From Myxococcota bacterium (GTDB lineage Bacteria; Myxococcota_A; SURF-8): DNA of 64,000 nt. The stretch lies in assembly GCA_965140415.1 (NCBI GenBank), contig OZ223209.1, positions 4,672,001 through 4,736,000 of the forward strand, read 5' to 3'. Of the stretch, positions 49,731 to 60,687 are shown piece after piece (position 1 is the first letter of the stretch; the number at the start of each line of letters is the position of its first letter). A program made the position numbers and the translations under genes. The notes beneath the pieces are model-generated. The model was not told where the DNA came from, ran no database searches, and saw only the letters and a list, made by a program, of their open reading frames with translations.

Positions 49731-51086
49731 TTACCCCAGATCCATCGTTTCCATATGTTCGGCAATATGCACCGGTAGCCGGAAGTTTTCCTCGATTTTC
49801 AGGCGCAGCGCATCGGATGCCTGCGGGTCGCCATGCACCAGGAAAATACGCTCCGGCTTGTTCTCCATATCTTGAAGCCACTGGATAAATTCGCTCTGGT
49901 CGGCATGAGCCGAAAGGAAATCGATCTGCTTCACATCGGCGTTTACGGGAATGTACTGGCCGTGGATCTTGATGTGATCCGCTCCGGAAGCCAAACTCGC
50001 CCCACGAGTACCGGGAGCCTGGTAACCGGTGAGCAGAATGGTGTTTTTAGGATCGGGGGCCAACGCTTTCAAGTGGTGAAGCACGCGCCCGCCGGTCAAC
50101 ATGCCGCTGGCGCTGATGATGACAGACGATTCCGTCAGTTTATTCAAGGACTTCGATTCCTGCGTGGTGTTGACGTAACGGGCGACACCAAAAGCCGCCT
50201 GACTTTCTTCTTTTGAAAGTAGATGGTAACGCGGGTAACGCTCGTAGATGTCGGTAACGTTGGTTGCCATTGGACTATTGACGTATACCGGCACTTTGGG
50301 TGCCAACCCTTGTTTGAATGCGGCATGCAAGCAGTACAACAGCGACTGCGTTCGGCCCACCGCAAAGGCGGGAATCAACAAGGTACCGCCCTTCTCTGTC
50401 GTTTGCGTCACCAGATCGGCCACGGCCTGAATGGCGTCCACCCTTTCATGTAGGCGATCGCCGTAGGTTGATTCCATCACAAGCACATCCGCCGGACGAT
50501 CGACGTCTTCCAGCGGCGTCAACAGATCGCCGGGACGCCCCAGATCGCCGGTAAAGAGAATCGCCTTTCCACCAGCTTTGATCAACACGCTTGCCGCGCC
50601 GAGTATATGACCACAGGGGAAGAATTGAATTTCGAAATCTCCGATTTTCAATACGTCTTCGTAAGGCACCGCCTTGAAATAACTCAGTGCTTTCTCGGCA
50701 TCGGCCTGTGTATACAGCGGCATGGCGGGAGAATGCTTGGAATACCCATGCTTGTTGGCGTGGTAGGCGTCTTCCTCTTGCAGATATCCGCTGTCGGGCA
50801 GCAGAATTTTACACAGATCTTTCGTGGGCTGCGTGCAATACGCCAATGCCTGAATCCCTTGTTTGACCAGCACCGGAAAATAGCCGCTATGATCCAGGTG
50901 AGCGTGGGTCAGGATTACACCGTCGATTGCCTTAGGTTTGACCGGAAGCGGCTCCCAGTTTCTTCTACGCAAGGCCTTCACCCCTTGAAACAAGCCACAA
51001 TCGACGAGAATGTTGGTTTCGTTGTGGCTGAGCAGGAATTTTGAACCCGTTACGGTTCCAGCGGCACCGGCAAAAGTAATCTGCAT
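49731..51086 (-). CDS. MBL-fold beta-CASP ribonuclease (Ysh1-like)
   Basis: THAHLDH, GHILG, ESTYG, PAFAVGR, SAHAD, VHG. Confidence 0.92.
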   Translation of the reverse strand: MQITFAGAAGTVTGSKFLLSHNETNILVDCGLFQGVKALRRRNWEPLPVKPKAIDGVILTHAHLDHSGYFPVLVKQGIQALAYCTQPTKDLCKILLPDSGYLQEEDAYHANKHGYSKHSPAMPLYTQADAEKALSYFKAVPYEDVLKIGDFEIQFFPCGHILGAASVLIKAGGKAILFTGDLGRPGDLLTPLEDVDRPADVLVMESTYGDRLHERVDAIQAVADLVTQTTEKGGTLLIPAFAVGRTQSLLYCLHAAFKQGLAPKVPVYVNSPMATNVTDIYERYPRYHLLSKEESQAAFGVARYVNTTQESKSLNKLTESSVIISASGMLTGGRVLHHLKALAPDPKNTILLTGYQAPGTRGASLASGADHIKIHGQYIPVNADVKQIDFLSAHADQSEFIQWLQDMENKPERIFLVHGDPQASDALRLKIEENFRLPVHIAEHMETMDLG

Positions 51087-51136
51087 GGACGAGCCTCTCT
51101 GGTTTTCACGCTTTTAAGTGATCTTCGAGTAAGTCT

Positions 51137-51562
51137 CTATTTTTGATCCGCATTTTCTTTCGAAACGGCAGACACATCACTCTTCGTCTCAGGGTCTTGC
51201 TGCTCGGAAAATTCCGACTTGGCTTCTTCCTTTTCGCTTTCAACCTGCCCGACAGGCGGAGCATCCAATTCGGGCGGAGGGGGATCACCATTAGGATCGG
51301 GAGTCAACGCCGGAGCGTAGGTTTCGCTCAACTCCCGCTCGCGTTTGAGTTTCTGTTCCTCTTCCCAACGGCGGGTATCTCGGCTCTGCTGATACTCACG
51401 GTCATCCTGCACATCTACCGATTCGTATTTTTCCATACGCCCGACGTTGGAACTGTCCGGTTCCATACGATTGCCCGCCTTGCCGCCACTGACACAACCG
51501 CCAATCGTTACGGCAAGAAACAAAACGACCGTCGGCAATATGAGTGTAAACTTCCTTAACAT
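51137..51562 (-). CDS. Hypothetical lipoprotein
   Basis: IGGC lipobox, charged low-complexity body; GGAAGG RBS. Confidence 0.6.
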   Translation of the reverse strand: MLRKFTLILPTVVLFLAVTIGGCVSGGKAGNRMEPDSSNVGRMEKYESVDVQDDREYQQSRDTRRWEEEQKLKRERELSETYAPALTPDPNGDPPPPELDAPPVGQVESEKEEAKSEFSEQQDPETKSDVSAVSKENADQK

Positions 51563-51584
51563 GTCGCCACCTTCCCGAATATTC

Positions 51585-52937
51585 CTAGTGGCCGCCTGCA
51601 CCCTTGGGTTTGGCATTCCAGATGCGCAACAACAGCAAAAAGCCCACCACGCCAAAGGGAATCAGGAAGATGGGCCAGTACTGCCAGTTCTGGGTGGTTA
51701 AAAAACCCAACGCCAGCGACTGCACGCCAGTGCCTAAATACACGAAACCATCGATCACTCCCACCGCTGTGGCCGCCGCTTTGCGTCCGCCGAAATCCAT
51801 GGTGGCGGTACCGGAAAGCAAACCGTGCGTGCCGATTACAGCGATAGACATCAACACGGTGATCGCGCCCAGCACCCAGCCGAAATTCAACGTAAAGATC
51901 ATCGCCACAGAAGAGATCGTCAGGATGCCATACAGAAATCCAGCCGAAGGCGCACGCCGCGACTGGAAGAATTTGTCGCTGACAATCCCTGCCGTCAAAC
52001 CGCCGGTGACGCCCGCAAACCACAGCATTGCACCCCAATTGGACAACATGAAGTCCCAGCCGCCCGTCAACCCGGCAGCCAGTTGTTCCTTGGCGTAGAT
52101 CGGGAACCAGTGCATGACACCATTACGTAAGATTCCGGTGCAGAATTCGATTCCCGCAACAGTCAGAATAACCGGATTGGTTAGAATGCGCTTGAACAGT
52201 TCCATGGTGGGAATCTTACGATTCATATCTTCGCCGCTGCTGGCATCACCGGTATCGAAATCGGTGAGACCTGCTTTAGTCGGGGTGTCCTTCAACAAGA
52301 AGATTTCCACAAGGAAAAATCCGTAAAGCAACAGCGCCGGAGTCATAAACGCCCACCAAAGCGCATCGCCGCCGCTGAAACCGCGTCCAACCACCAAAGC
52401 CGAATCAAGAATACGGCTGGTGACATCGAAAGCCAGGAAAATACCGGAACTGATCATGATGCCGAAAATGCCGGAGAACGTTCCTCGCTCGCTGACGTGG
52501 AACCAGTTGGCGTTGACCTTGACAATACTCACCGCGCCGTAGCTTTGGAAATACATATTCCCGGCATACAGGAAGATATACACTCCCAACAAGGGCGCGC
52601 TGGAGGGATCGTCCATTCCCAGCACATGATAGAGGTAGAGCCCCATCAGCAGGTTCATCGTACCCGCACCCAATGCGGCGATCAAAATCCCTTTTTTTCC
52701 GCCAATGCGATCCACCAAAGGACCATTGATCAGGAAAGAGAAGGCGTACACCACCGCGCCGATGCCGAAGATCTCTCCGAAATCGGTCTTCGTCATCAAG
52801 TCGCCCAGAGCGTTTTTACTGACGGTCAGATTATAGCGACCCATGTACAGCAGGGCGTAAGTCAGCCCCATTGGGAACCAGTTGATAAAACGCCGTCGCC
52901 GGTAATCGGATGTGTGTTGAATCGCGGAATTCGCCAT
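51585..52937 (-). CDS. MFS transporter, GlpT/organophosphate:Pi antiporter-like
   Basis: Y..RYN, WF...ERG, G..SDK.F..RR, G.IDG..YLG. Confidence 0.88.
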   Translation of the reverse strand: MANSAIQHTSDYRRRRFINWFPMGLTYALLYMGRYNLTVSKNALGDLMTKTDFGEIFGIGAVVYAFSFLINGPLVDRIGGKKGILIAALGAGTMNLLMGLYLYHVLGMDDPSSAPLLGVYIFLYAGNMYFQSYGAVSIVKVNANWFHVSERGTFSGIFGIMISSGIFLAFDVTSRILDSALVVGRGFSGGDALWWAFMTPALLLYGFFLVEIFLLKDTPTKAGLTDFDTGDASSGEDMNRKIPTMELFKRILTNPVILTVAGIEFCTGILRNGVMHWFPIYAKEQLAAGLTGGWDFMLSNWGAMLWFAGVTGGLTAGIVSDKFFQSRRAPSAGFLYGILTISSVAMIFTLNFGWVLGAITVLMSIAVIGTHGLLSGTATMDFGGRKAAATAVGVIDGFVYLGTGVQSLALGFLTTQNWQYWPIFLIPFGVVGFLLLLRIWNAKPKGAGGH

Positions 52938-53217
52938 GCCGTATCCTTTCTTCGCTCCAGAGGGATCGTCGGAAGTTTTCCGAAAAACGCTGTCAGCATA
53001 CACAAACGGAAAGAAAGGGTAAAGGATTTGTTCATCGCCCATTCATGCTGGATCATTAGAATCCTGTTACCTGTAATGAATATTCACGATAAAAGTTGCT
53101 CCTCATGAAAAAAACGCTTACCCTTTCCGACTAAACAAGTATGATTCTACTGCTCAAGTAATTCGGAAACAAGGATTCGGCCACACCGGTCTCAGCAGGC
53201 ATCGGAGAGGAATAATC

Positions 53218-54099
53218 ATGAACGATCATTCGAAGGAAAGTCTGGCCAAGGCAAAAAGCAGAATCAAACCGTTACGAACGGTAAGAACGTTTGCTAATAA
53301 CAGAGCCTGCTCGGATACCTTGTTTCATGTTCTCTGCCACGCCTTCGAACAACCACTACAGAAAGAAGAACGGGCGAGCCAGGTTTTCGCCGGTGGAATT
53401 CTGCAAAACGGGTATCAATGCGGTATGCTTTGGGGATCGACCTTAGCCGCCGGGGCAGAAGCCTACCGACTGTTCGGTCCGGGTCCGGAAGCTGAAATCC
53501 GAGCCATATTGGCTGCCCAAAAGATAGTCAGCGCATTCCGCTTGGACAGCAAACATATCAACTGCCTCGAAATCACGGATATCGACAAATCCTCTTCCAA
53601 GTTGAAAATGTTCACCTATTTTATCATCAAAGGAGGAACGATCGGATGTTTCCGCCGGGCGGCACGATTCGCCCCTATCGCATTCGATCAGATCGCAACC
53701 TCATTTTCAGAGGAAATCGACTCTATTCCCGATCCACCAGTCAGTTGTGCAACTCTGTTAGCGAAGAGGTTGGAACTCTCGGAACAACAAACCTGCATGG
53801 TAGCGGGGCTGGCTGGCGGCATCGGCTTGTGCGGCGGAGCTTGCGGGGCATTGGGAGTTGCCCTGTGGGTACTTGCACAACGTGTTCTTGGTGATCAGCC
53901 GAAAAGCAACGCATGGAATTCGAAAGACTTCCAACCCAAAGCAGACGCTCTGATCGACCGATTCCTGAAAAGTGCCGGTCACGAATTCACCTGTAGCGCC
54001 ATCGTCGGAAAAACGTTCGAAAACGTCAACGAGCATTCCTGCTATTTGCGGGAAGGCGGCTGCTCGCAACTCATCGAAGAGTTGACTGAGATCCAGTAA
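53218..54099 (+). CDS. Tandem C-GCAxxG-C-C family redox protein
   Basis: Two modules: CS..CGMLWG..NC.EI..C and CA..CGALG..TC..I..C. Confidence 0.8.
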   Translation: MNDHSKESLAKAKSRIKPLRTVRTFANNRACSDTLFHVLCHAFEQPLQKEERASQVFAGGILQNGYQCGMLWGSTLAAGAEAYRLFGPGPEAEIRAILAAQKIVSAFRLDSKHINCLEITDIDKSSSKLKMFTYFIIKGGTIGCFRRAARFAPIAFDQIATSFSEEIDSIPDPPVSCATLLAKRLELSEQQTCMVAGLAGGIGLCGGACGALGVALWVLAQRVLGDQPKSNAWNSKDFQPKADALIDRFLKSAGHEFTCSAIVGKTFENVNEHSCYLREGGCSQLIEELTEIQ

Positions 54100-54123
54100 G
54101 TTTGTTTACCACTCGTCAGACAA

Positions 54124-56067
54124 TCACCCCAGCCACTTCTCGAAGGCGTCGAAGTTGAAGTCACGTCCTAAAAAGTCCTTGATAAGCTCGGAAGCATCGC
54201 GACTACCGCCCGGTTCCAGAATCGCACGTCGATAGGCAAACGTCATCTTGGTATCAGCTAACCCTGCCTGCTTGAACGCATCGTAGAAATCCTTGGCGAT
54301 AACCAATGACCACATGTAGGTGTAGTAATTGGAACTGTAACCCACCAGATGCCCGAAGCCGGTTTCGAAATGAGCGTCTTCGGTTACCGGATACAGCGAG
54401 TAGCGCCGCTGGGTGTCATCGACGAAGCTGCGCAATTCCAGCTTTTCCGGTTCGATCGTGTATAGCCCCAATGCCAACGCGGCATAGAACATCTGCTGAC
54501 GCGCTTGCTGTCCCTTACCGAATTCATTGGCTTCCCGCATACGCTCCACCAATTCCGTCGGGATCGCTTCCCCTTTTTCGTTGACGGCAAAACGTTGCAG
54601 CATTTCGGCGTCCCAGGCCCATTCTTCGAACAACTGGGAAGGCACTTCCACGAAATCCCACTCGGTCGCCACGCCGGAGAAGCGCAGCCAGTTCTGCCGC
54701 CCAGCCAGAATGTGGTGCAGCAAATGTCCGAACTCGTGGAAGAAAGTCGTTACCTGCTGATGTTCCAATAGCGCCGGACCAGCCGTTTTGGCAGGATCCG
54801 GGAAATTGGCTACAATCGCCCCTTCGGCAATGCGGCGATTCGCTAAACCGCCAACCATAGGGAACATGGCGGCATGCTTGTATTTGTTCTCGCGCGGATG
54901 CAGATCCAGGTAGATCCGTCCGATACGTTCCTCTTTTTCGAACACATCCAGCACGTGCACGCTGGGATGCCATACATCCGCACCCTTGACCTGCTCGAAA
55001 CGTAGACCGAACAAGTTCTCACAAATCTCAAGAATTCCCTGAAACACATTGGCCACGTTGAAATAAGGGCGCACCTGCTGCGAATCGAACTGGTACTGCT
55101 CCATCAAGACCTGTCGCATCAGGTAATCTTTTTCCCAGGCATAGACCTTGCTCGCCTGCGGATCGTCTTTCTGCTTGCGCTTCAACAATGTCGCCAGTTC
55201 ATCGCGCCCGCGCGCCAGGCTGCGATCGCTGACCCGCTCGATGAATTCCCGCGCCCGCTCGGGATGTTTGATCATCAATTCTTCGGTGGCGTAATGGCTC
55301 CAGCCCGTGTACCCCAGCGTAGTCGCCAGTTCATGACGCAAGGAGAGCAATTCGACCAGCACGTTTTCATTGGCGGGATAGGCCAGCTTCAACCGCAGGC
55401 GGTACAGTTCCTCACGCAACGCGCCGTCATCGGCATAAGTCATGACTGGAATGAAATCCGTGGTGTCGGTGCTGATGCGGATCACGCCGTTTTCATCGGG
55501 CTGGTGAGCGTCGATAAAATCCTGCGGCAATCCCGATAGCCTGCCAACATCCGCAAACTCGACGTAACGGGTATCCTCGCGAATGTTGCGCTCGAAAGTC
55601 TGACCCACCAGGGTGACCTTGTCGTTCAAGTCGCGAATGCTCGCCCGGGTGGCTTCGTCGCGATCCACACCCGCACGGCGAAAATCGCGCAGTACTTTTT
55701 CGATCAGCCGCAAAGCATCCTGCTGCCAGTCGCCTTTCGTCGTGTCCAGCGATTCGAACACTTCGAACAAATCGCGATCCAGCGAGAATTCCGTAATCAG
55801 CTTCACCAGTTGCTGTTCCGCAAGTTCTCCAGCCAAACGCACGCCCTCATCGGGATGAACGCTCTGGTACAAGCCTGCCAGGCTGTAGCTGTCTTCCACG
55901 AACACCTGCATCTGGTCGTATAGCTCCAGAATTTCCGCATCGGACAACTGCTCCCGCTCCGCCTTGATCCGCTCGCATAACGCACGTGCCTGATCCGCGT
56001 ATCGTTCACACCAGCTTTTAAATACTTTGCCTTTTTCGCTAAGTTGGTCGCTCGTATTTTCCGTCAT
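54124..56067 (-). CDS. M3 family Zn oligopeptidase (thimet-like)
   Basis: HEFGH, DFVEVPSQ..EEW, GY...YY.Y.WS, ILEPGGS. Confidence 0.93.
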   Translation of the reverse strand: MTENTSDQLSEKGKVFKSWCERYADQARALCERIKAEREQLSDAEILELYDQMQVFVEDSYSLAGLYQSVHPDEGVRLAGELAEQQLVKLITEFSLDRDLFEVFESLDTTKGDWQQDALRLIEKVLRDFRRAGVDRDEATRASIRDLNDKVTLVGQTFERNIREDTRYVEFADVGRLSGLPQDFIDAHQPDENGVIRISTDTTDFIPVMTYADDGALREELYRLRLKLAYPANENVLVELLSLRHELATTLGYTGWSHYATEELMIKHPERAREFIERVSDRSLARGRDELATLLKRKQKDDPQASKVYAWEKDYLMRQVLMEQYQFDSQQVRPYFNVANVFQGILEICENLFGLRFEQVKGADVWHPSVHVLDVFEKEERIGRIYLDLHPRENKYKHAAMFPMVGGLANRRIAEGAIVANFPDPAKTAGPALLEHQQVTTFFHEFGHLLHHILAGRQNWLRFSGVATEWDFVEVPSQLFEEWAWDAEMLQRFAVNEKGEAIPTELVERMREANEFGKGQQARQQMFYAALALGLYTIEPEKLELRSFVDDTQRRYSLYPVTEDAHFETGFGHLVGYSSNYYTYMWSLVIAKDFYDAFKQAGLADTKMTFAYRRAILEPGGSRDASELIKDFLGRDFNFDAFEKWLG

Positions 56068-56148
56068 AACCATAAACTCCGTTATGAGAGTGGATTCATC
56101 AACAGACCCACCTGGATCATCGATTCGTTATTGCCAAACTGAATTCAA

Positions 56149-57723
56149 TCAGGAACCGGGCTGCGCATTCGGATCGATCGCACCGATCACGACGTCGCTG
56201 CCCCCTGCGCCGACCAAAGGAGATCCGGGCATGGGAGTGAAATCAAGTCGGGCAGGGTCGGTGAACATTGGATTCTTGGAGATATCGAAACCCGGAATTT
56301 CCAAAAAACCCTCATATTCCCTCTGGGTGTTTCCCCAAACACAGTTTCCCCGAATGCGGGGCTTGACTTCGAGATTCTTGCGAATCGACAGACCAATGGC
56401 GGAACCGACCACAACGTTGGCCACGAATGCACCTTCGCTGTTCTCCAAAAACCATGCGCCAATCTTGGCGTTACGGTAAAAAGTATTGTTGGCGACAACC
56501 GGCTTACTCGTCTGCGCCGCCAGAATACCGTGCCAGCCATTCTCCACTAACAGATTGTAGCGCAGTCTAGGCTTACTGGCGCGCATGATCACCACTCCGA
56601 CTTTCTCGTTCCGAAGAATCCAGTTGCGCTCGATCACCGGACGTCCGCTGTCGAGCACTTCGATACCGTTTTCCTTGTTTTCCCGAATGCGGTTGCCGGT
56701 AGCGGTGGCTTCCGCGCCCTGCTTGAACTGCATCCCCGTACCGTTTTTAGCGATATCGTTTCCGCTGATTGTGGGTTGGGAACTGCCTTCGACCAGAATA
56801 CCAAGCTTCAGGTTATCGCTAATCAGATTGCTAAGAACCTGCCCGCCACCACTTGTTAAAAACAGGATTCCGTTTTCATTTCCTGTTATGGTGTTTTTTT
56901 CCATTGTCACCGTAGAGCGATTGTCCACGATCACACCTGCCTGTCCACCCATCGCGTCTCTTGGCAGAACAACTTTTTCCTTCAAAAGTCCGTTGTTTTT
57001 AATGGTATTTTCGATTAGTTGGATGTCCGAACCCATCTGAATGCCAACACCGAAGAAACTGTTGTCCTCGATTGTCGCACGCTGCACCTTGATGCTTGCG
57101 CCTTCTTCATCGCGGTAGATCGTCTGGTTCTGCGGGATACCATCCGGGTACTTGCGCACTTCGATTCCACGACCGTTTTTGCTTATGCTCACATCTTTTA
57201 TATCCGCACGGGCTTCGTGATGAAAGAACAACCCGGCATATCCGTTGTTCTGAATCACACAATTCTTCATGTCCAGATTGCCGTATCGCAACATCTCGAT
57301 ACCGGAAGTCTTGCTTCCTGAAATCGAACTGTTCGTCAACGACAAATCCGTTGAGTTGAGCAATACTACCGGATGATTGGAACCTCCGGCTTTTTGCAGT
57401 GCCAGGTTTTTGACCTTGACGTTACTTGCATCGCGCCCGACCATAGCCGGCCCTTCACCACTAAAACGCACCGTGACGCCCTGCGTTCCGTGCAGGTTCA
57501 TATTGGTCTGCAAAATAATCTGTTCGTCGTACACACCAGGTTTGACAATCAGATCCTGACCTTCTTTCCAATCATTCAATGCTTCCCGAATGCTGGTATA
57601 GTCACCTGCGCCCGATTGATCGATCACGAGCACTTTCTTGGCGGCACAGCCGTTTACAAACATCAGAGCCATTGTGGCAAGCAGAATCAGAAAAAGCGGC
57701 CAGTTACGGTGAAATAGTTTCAT
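56149..57723 (-). CDS. Right-handed parallel beta-helix lipoprotein
   Basis: VNGC lipobox, DY.SI.EA..VKPGVY.E, repeated N.I..N...GI coils, DP...DF...SP..GAG tail. Confidence 0.8.
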   Translation of the reverse strand: MKLFHRNWPLFLILLATMALMFVNGCAAKKVLVIDQSGAGDYTSIREALNDWKEGQDLIVKPGVYDEQIILQTNMNLHGTQGVTVRFSGEGPAMVGRDASNVKVKNLALQKAGGSNHPVVLLNSTDLSLTNSSISGSKTSGIEMLRYGNLDMKNCVIQNNGYAGLFFHHEARADIKDVSISKNGRGIEVRKYPDGIPQNQTIYRDEEGASIKVQRATIEDNSFFGVGIQMGSDIQLIENTIKNNGLLKEKVVLPRDAMGGQAGVIVDNRSTVTMEKNTITGNENGILFLTSGGGQVLSNLISDNLKLGILVEGSSQPTISGNDIAKNGTGMQFKQGAEATATGNRIRENKENGIEVLDSGRPVIERNWILRNEKVGVVIMRASKPRLRYNLLVENGWHGILAAQTSKPVVANNTFYRNAKIGAWFLENSEGAFVANVVVGSAIGLSIRKNLEVKPRIRGNCVWGNTQREYEGFLEIPGFDISKNPMFTDPARLDFTPMPGSPLVGAGGSDVVIGAIDPNAQPGS

Positions 57724-57846
57724 TCCGTTCGTCTCCCTCGGCGTTATCAACGGTTTCATACCTCACCCCCTACCTACCTTATTTCCGTTCGAAAATCAAG
57801 ACAGCAAAGTGGATATGAACATCAAACAAACCGATATTCGGTGCCG

Positions 57847-59301
57847 TCACTTCTTCCAGAATTCGGGGATCAGCAGCAATAGAATCGTGTAAATTTCCAG
57901 ACGCCCAAGCAGCATGCAGAAAATCAGAATCCATTTGACCACCGGTTGCAGGTGCGCAAAATTGTCCACCGGACCGACGCTGCCCAGGCCGGGACCGATG
58001 TTGCCGATACAAGCCGCTACAGATGAAAAAGAGGTAACGAAGTCATGCCCGAAGGAAGCCACTACCAAGGAGGCCAGTACGAACAGGAAGATGTACAGAA
58101 CGAAAAAGCCGATAACGGCGTCCAGCACCGGCTCAGGAATAACCTTGCCACCGACCTTGACGTGCTTGACTGCGCGGGGATGAATGAGCCGGAACAATTC
58201 CCGGTAGCCATGCTTTAGCAGCAACCAGACTCGAATGACCTTCATGCCGCCGCCGGTAGACCCGGCGCTTCCACCAACAAACATCAGCAGAAACAATAGA
58301 AGCGGAGCCAGAGCCACCGTCGCCCCCCAGGCTTCGAAGTCCGCCGAATTGTACCCGGTGGTGGTCACGATCGAAACCACTTGGAAAACGCTGTAGCGCA
58401 GTGATTGCCAAACGGAGGAATACTCCCCGGACAGCCGAAGCATCGACGTCAAGATCACAGTACTGACCGCAACGATAATCAAATAGGCTCGGAATTCGGA
58501 GTCGCGAAAATAGCTGCGCGGACTTCCCTTAAGCGCCAGGTAATGCAAGGTAAAGTTGACTCCCGCCAACAGCATGAACAGCGTAATAACCATTTCCTGA
58601 AACGGCGTAGAGGACATCAGGGAATCCGGGCGCGTGCCGAAACCGCCGGTGGCTAAGGTCGTAAACGAATGGCAGATCGCTTCGAAAGCTGTCATTCCAC
58701 CGATCGTCAGCAACACCATTTCCAAGGCAGTCAGCAACACATACACTTTCCACAGCAATTTGGCCGTGTCGCGAATGCGCGGTTGCAACTTGTCCGTTGT
58801 GGGACCGGGCACTTCGGCTTTGAACAATTGCATGCCACCCACACCCAACAAGGGTAGAATCGCCAACGACAGCACGATGATCCCCATGCCGCCGAACCAT
58901 TGAATGATGCTGCGCCAGAAAAGAATACCGCGCGGCATTGAGCCGATGTCGGTGAGAATAGTGGAGCCGGTTGTGGTGAAACCACTTACGGATTCGAAGT
59001 AAGCGTTGGTAAAACCACCAAAACTGCCATAAAGCCAGAAGGGCAAAGATCCGAAGAAACAAGCGCTTATCCAGGCCAGCGCCACCACCAGAAAACCGTC
59101 TCGGTGGCTCAATTCATCTTCCGCCTTGCGTGTAAACAGTACCGCCAGGCCACTGAGTAGTAGCGTTGTAGGCAATGCAACGGAAAAAGCGCGCAAATCC
59201 GGTCCGTCGTCGTATAAGGCGATCAGAAGAGGAAAAATCATGGTCGCGCCAAGTACAAAATTCAGCGCACCCAAAAGCTTGATAATTAATTTCCAGCGCA
59301 T
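57847..59301 (-). CDS. trkH: Trk potassium uptake membrane protein
   Basis: ESVSGFTTTG, W.GGMGI, TTTGY, GGSAGSTGGG, GN.GPG, GRLE. Confidence 0.96.
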   Translation of the reverse strand: MRWKLIIKLLGALNFVLGATMIFPLLIALYDDGPDLRAFSVALPTTLLLSGLAVLFTRKAEDELSHRDGFLVVALAWISACFFGSLPFWLYGSFGGFTNAYFESVSGFTTTGSTILTDIGSMPRGILFWRSIIQWFGGMGIIVLSLAILPLLGVGGMQLFKAEVPGPTTDKLQPRIRDTAKLLWKVYVLLTALEMVLLTIGGMTAFEAICHSFTTLATGGFGTRPDSLMSSTPFQEMVITLFMLLAGVNFTLHYLALKGSPRSYFRDSEFRAYLIIVAVSTVILTSMLRLSGEYSSVWQSLRYSVFQVVSIVTTTGYNSADFEAWGATVALAPLLLFLLMFVGGSAGSTGGGMKVIRVWLLLKHGYRELFRLIHPRAVKHVKVGGKVIPEPVLDAVIGFFVLYIFLFVLASLVVASFGHDFVTSFSSVAACIGNIGPGLGSVGPVDNFAHLQPVVKWILIFCMLLGRLEIYTILLLLIPEFWKK

Positions 59302-59316
59302 GATTCCGGCGACCGT

Positions 59317-60675
59317 CTAGAAGTATTCGAGTTTGACGGAAAAGATTTTTTCGACCTTCCGAATCGCGCCGCGCTCGGCGAAGATGATCACCCGGTCGTT
59401 GGGTTCGATTTTCGTATCGCCGCGTGGAATGATCACTTGCTCATCGCGCACCACAGCCATCACTAACGCACCGCGCGGGAACTTGAGTTTGCTAAGCGGT
59501 TTACCCACCACATCCGACGTTTCCAGCGCAACGAACTCGATGCTTTCGGCGTTCTTCTCCCGAATGGCCTCCACTGCGATCACGTTTCCCTTGCGCAAGA
59601 ACTGCATAATGCGGCTGACAGCCGCCAGTTGCGGACTGATAGTGGCGTCCACGCCCAAATTCGACAACAAACTGGTGTAGTCCACGCGATTGGAAACCGT
59701 AATCGCGTTGGGTACTCCCAGGGATTTGGCCAGTAGCGCCGAAAGAATATTTTCCTCCGTATCCTTGCTACAGGAGACGAAGACATCCATGGAGGCGATG
59801 TTTTCCTGCTCCAACAAATCGCCGTCCATACCCTCGCCGTGAAGAATCGTGGTGCGAGACAAACGGTCGGCAAGCCAGGTACAACGAGCATCGTCGTTTT
59901 CGATCAGCTTGATGACCAGACCGCGCTCCTCCAGTAGCCGCGCCAGATACAGACCGGTATTGCTCCCGCCGTAAATGATGACGTGCTCGGTCTTACCCGC
60001 TTTCTTGCCCACCAGTTTGAGCATCTTGGGCATGTCTTCAGGTGTCACGGTGAAATACACGATGTCGTTGACCCGCAGACTGTCGGAACCCATGGGAACG
60101 ATCACGTCCTTACCGCGATAGATGGCCGCAACGAGCGGCGTATAATTGGGCACCAGATCGCCCAAGGCAAACATCTTGCGATTGGCCAACAGGGAAGCGG
60201 CCTCGATGCGAAAACCGGCCAGCAGCACACGCCCATTTGCGAAAGGAATCAGATCCAGGGCTTGCGGCACTTGCAATAAACGTGCAATTTTCTGTGCGGC
60301 TTCGTATTCCGGATTGATGAACAGATCGAAATTCTGCTGCGAAAAGACTTCCGGGTTCTTGATGAAACTAGGTTCGCGCACACGCGCGATCTTGATGCAG
60401 TTGGGAGCGTAGTGCTGCGCGACCATGCAGGCCACGATGTTGACTTCGTCCTGGTTGCTTACGGCAATCAGCATACCAGCCTTGGCAATACCCGCCCGTT
60501 GCAAAATTTCGGGTGACGATCCCGAACCGGGAATGAACTGGGCGTCGAGTTGTTCCTCGATCTGCTGTAAGCGCTCGGAATCCTGGTCGATCAGTACGAC
60601 ATCCTTGCTTTCGCCGCACAGCTTCTCGGCGATATGGAAGCCGACTTCGCCCGCTCCAATAATGATGACTTTCAT
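59317..60675 (-). CDS. trkA: Trk potassium uptake NAD-binding subunit
   Basis: IIGAGEVG and two RCK_N/RCK_C pairs. Confidence 0.96.
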   Translation of the reverse strand: MKVIIIGAGEVGFHIAEKLCGESKDVVLIDQDSERLQQIEEQLDAQFIPGSGSSPEILQRAGIAKAGMLIAVSNQDEVNIVACMVAQHYAPNCIKIARVREPSFIKNPEVFSQQNFDLFINPEYEAAQKIARLLQVPQALDLIPFANGRVLLAGFRIEAASLLANRKMFALGDLVPNYTPLVAAIYRGKDVIVPMGSDSLRVNDIVYFTVTPEDMPKMLKLVGKKAGKTEHVIIYGGSNTGLYLARLLEERGLVIKLIENDDARCTWLADRLSRTTILHGEGMDGDLLEQENIASMDVFVSCSKDTEENILSALLAKSLGVPNAITVSNRVDYTSLLSNLGVDATISPQLAAVSRIMQFLRKGNVIAVEAIREKNAESIEFVALETSDVVGKPLSKLKFPRGALVMAVVRDEQVIIPRGDTKIEPNDRVIIFAERGAIRKVEKIFSVKLEYF

Positions 60676-60687
60676 GGTTGGTGTGCC

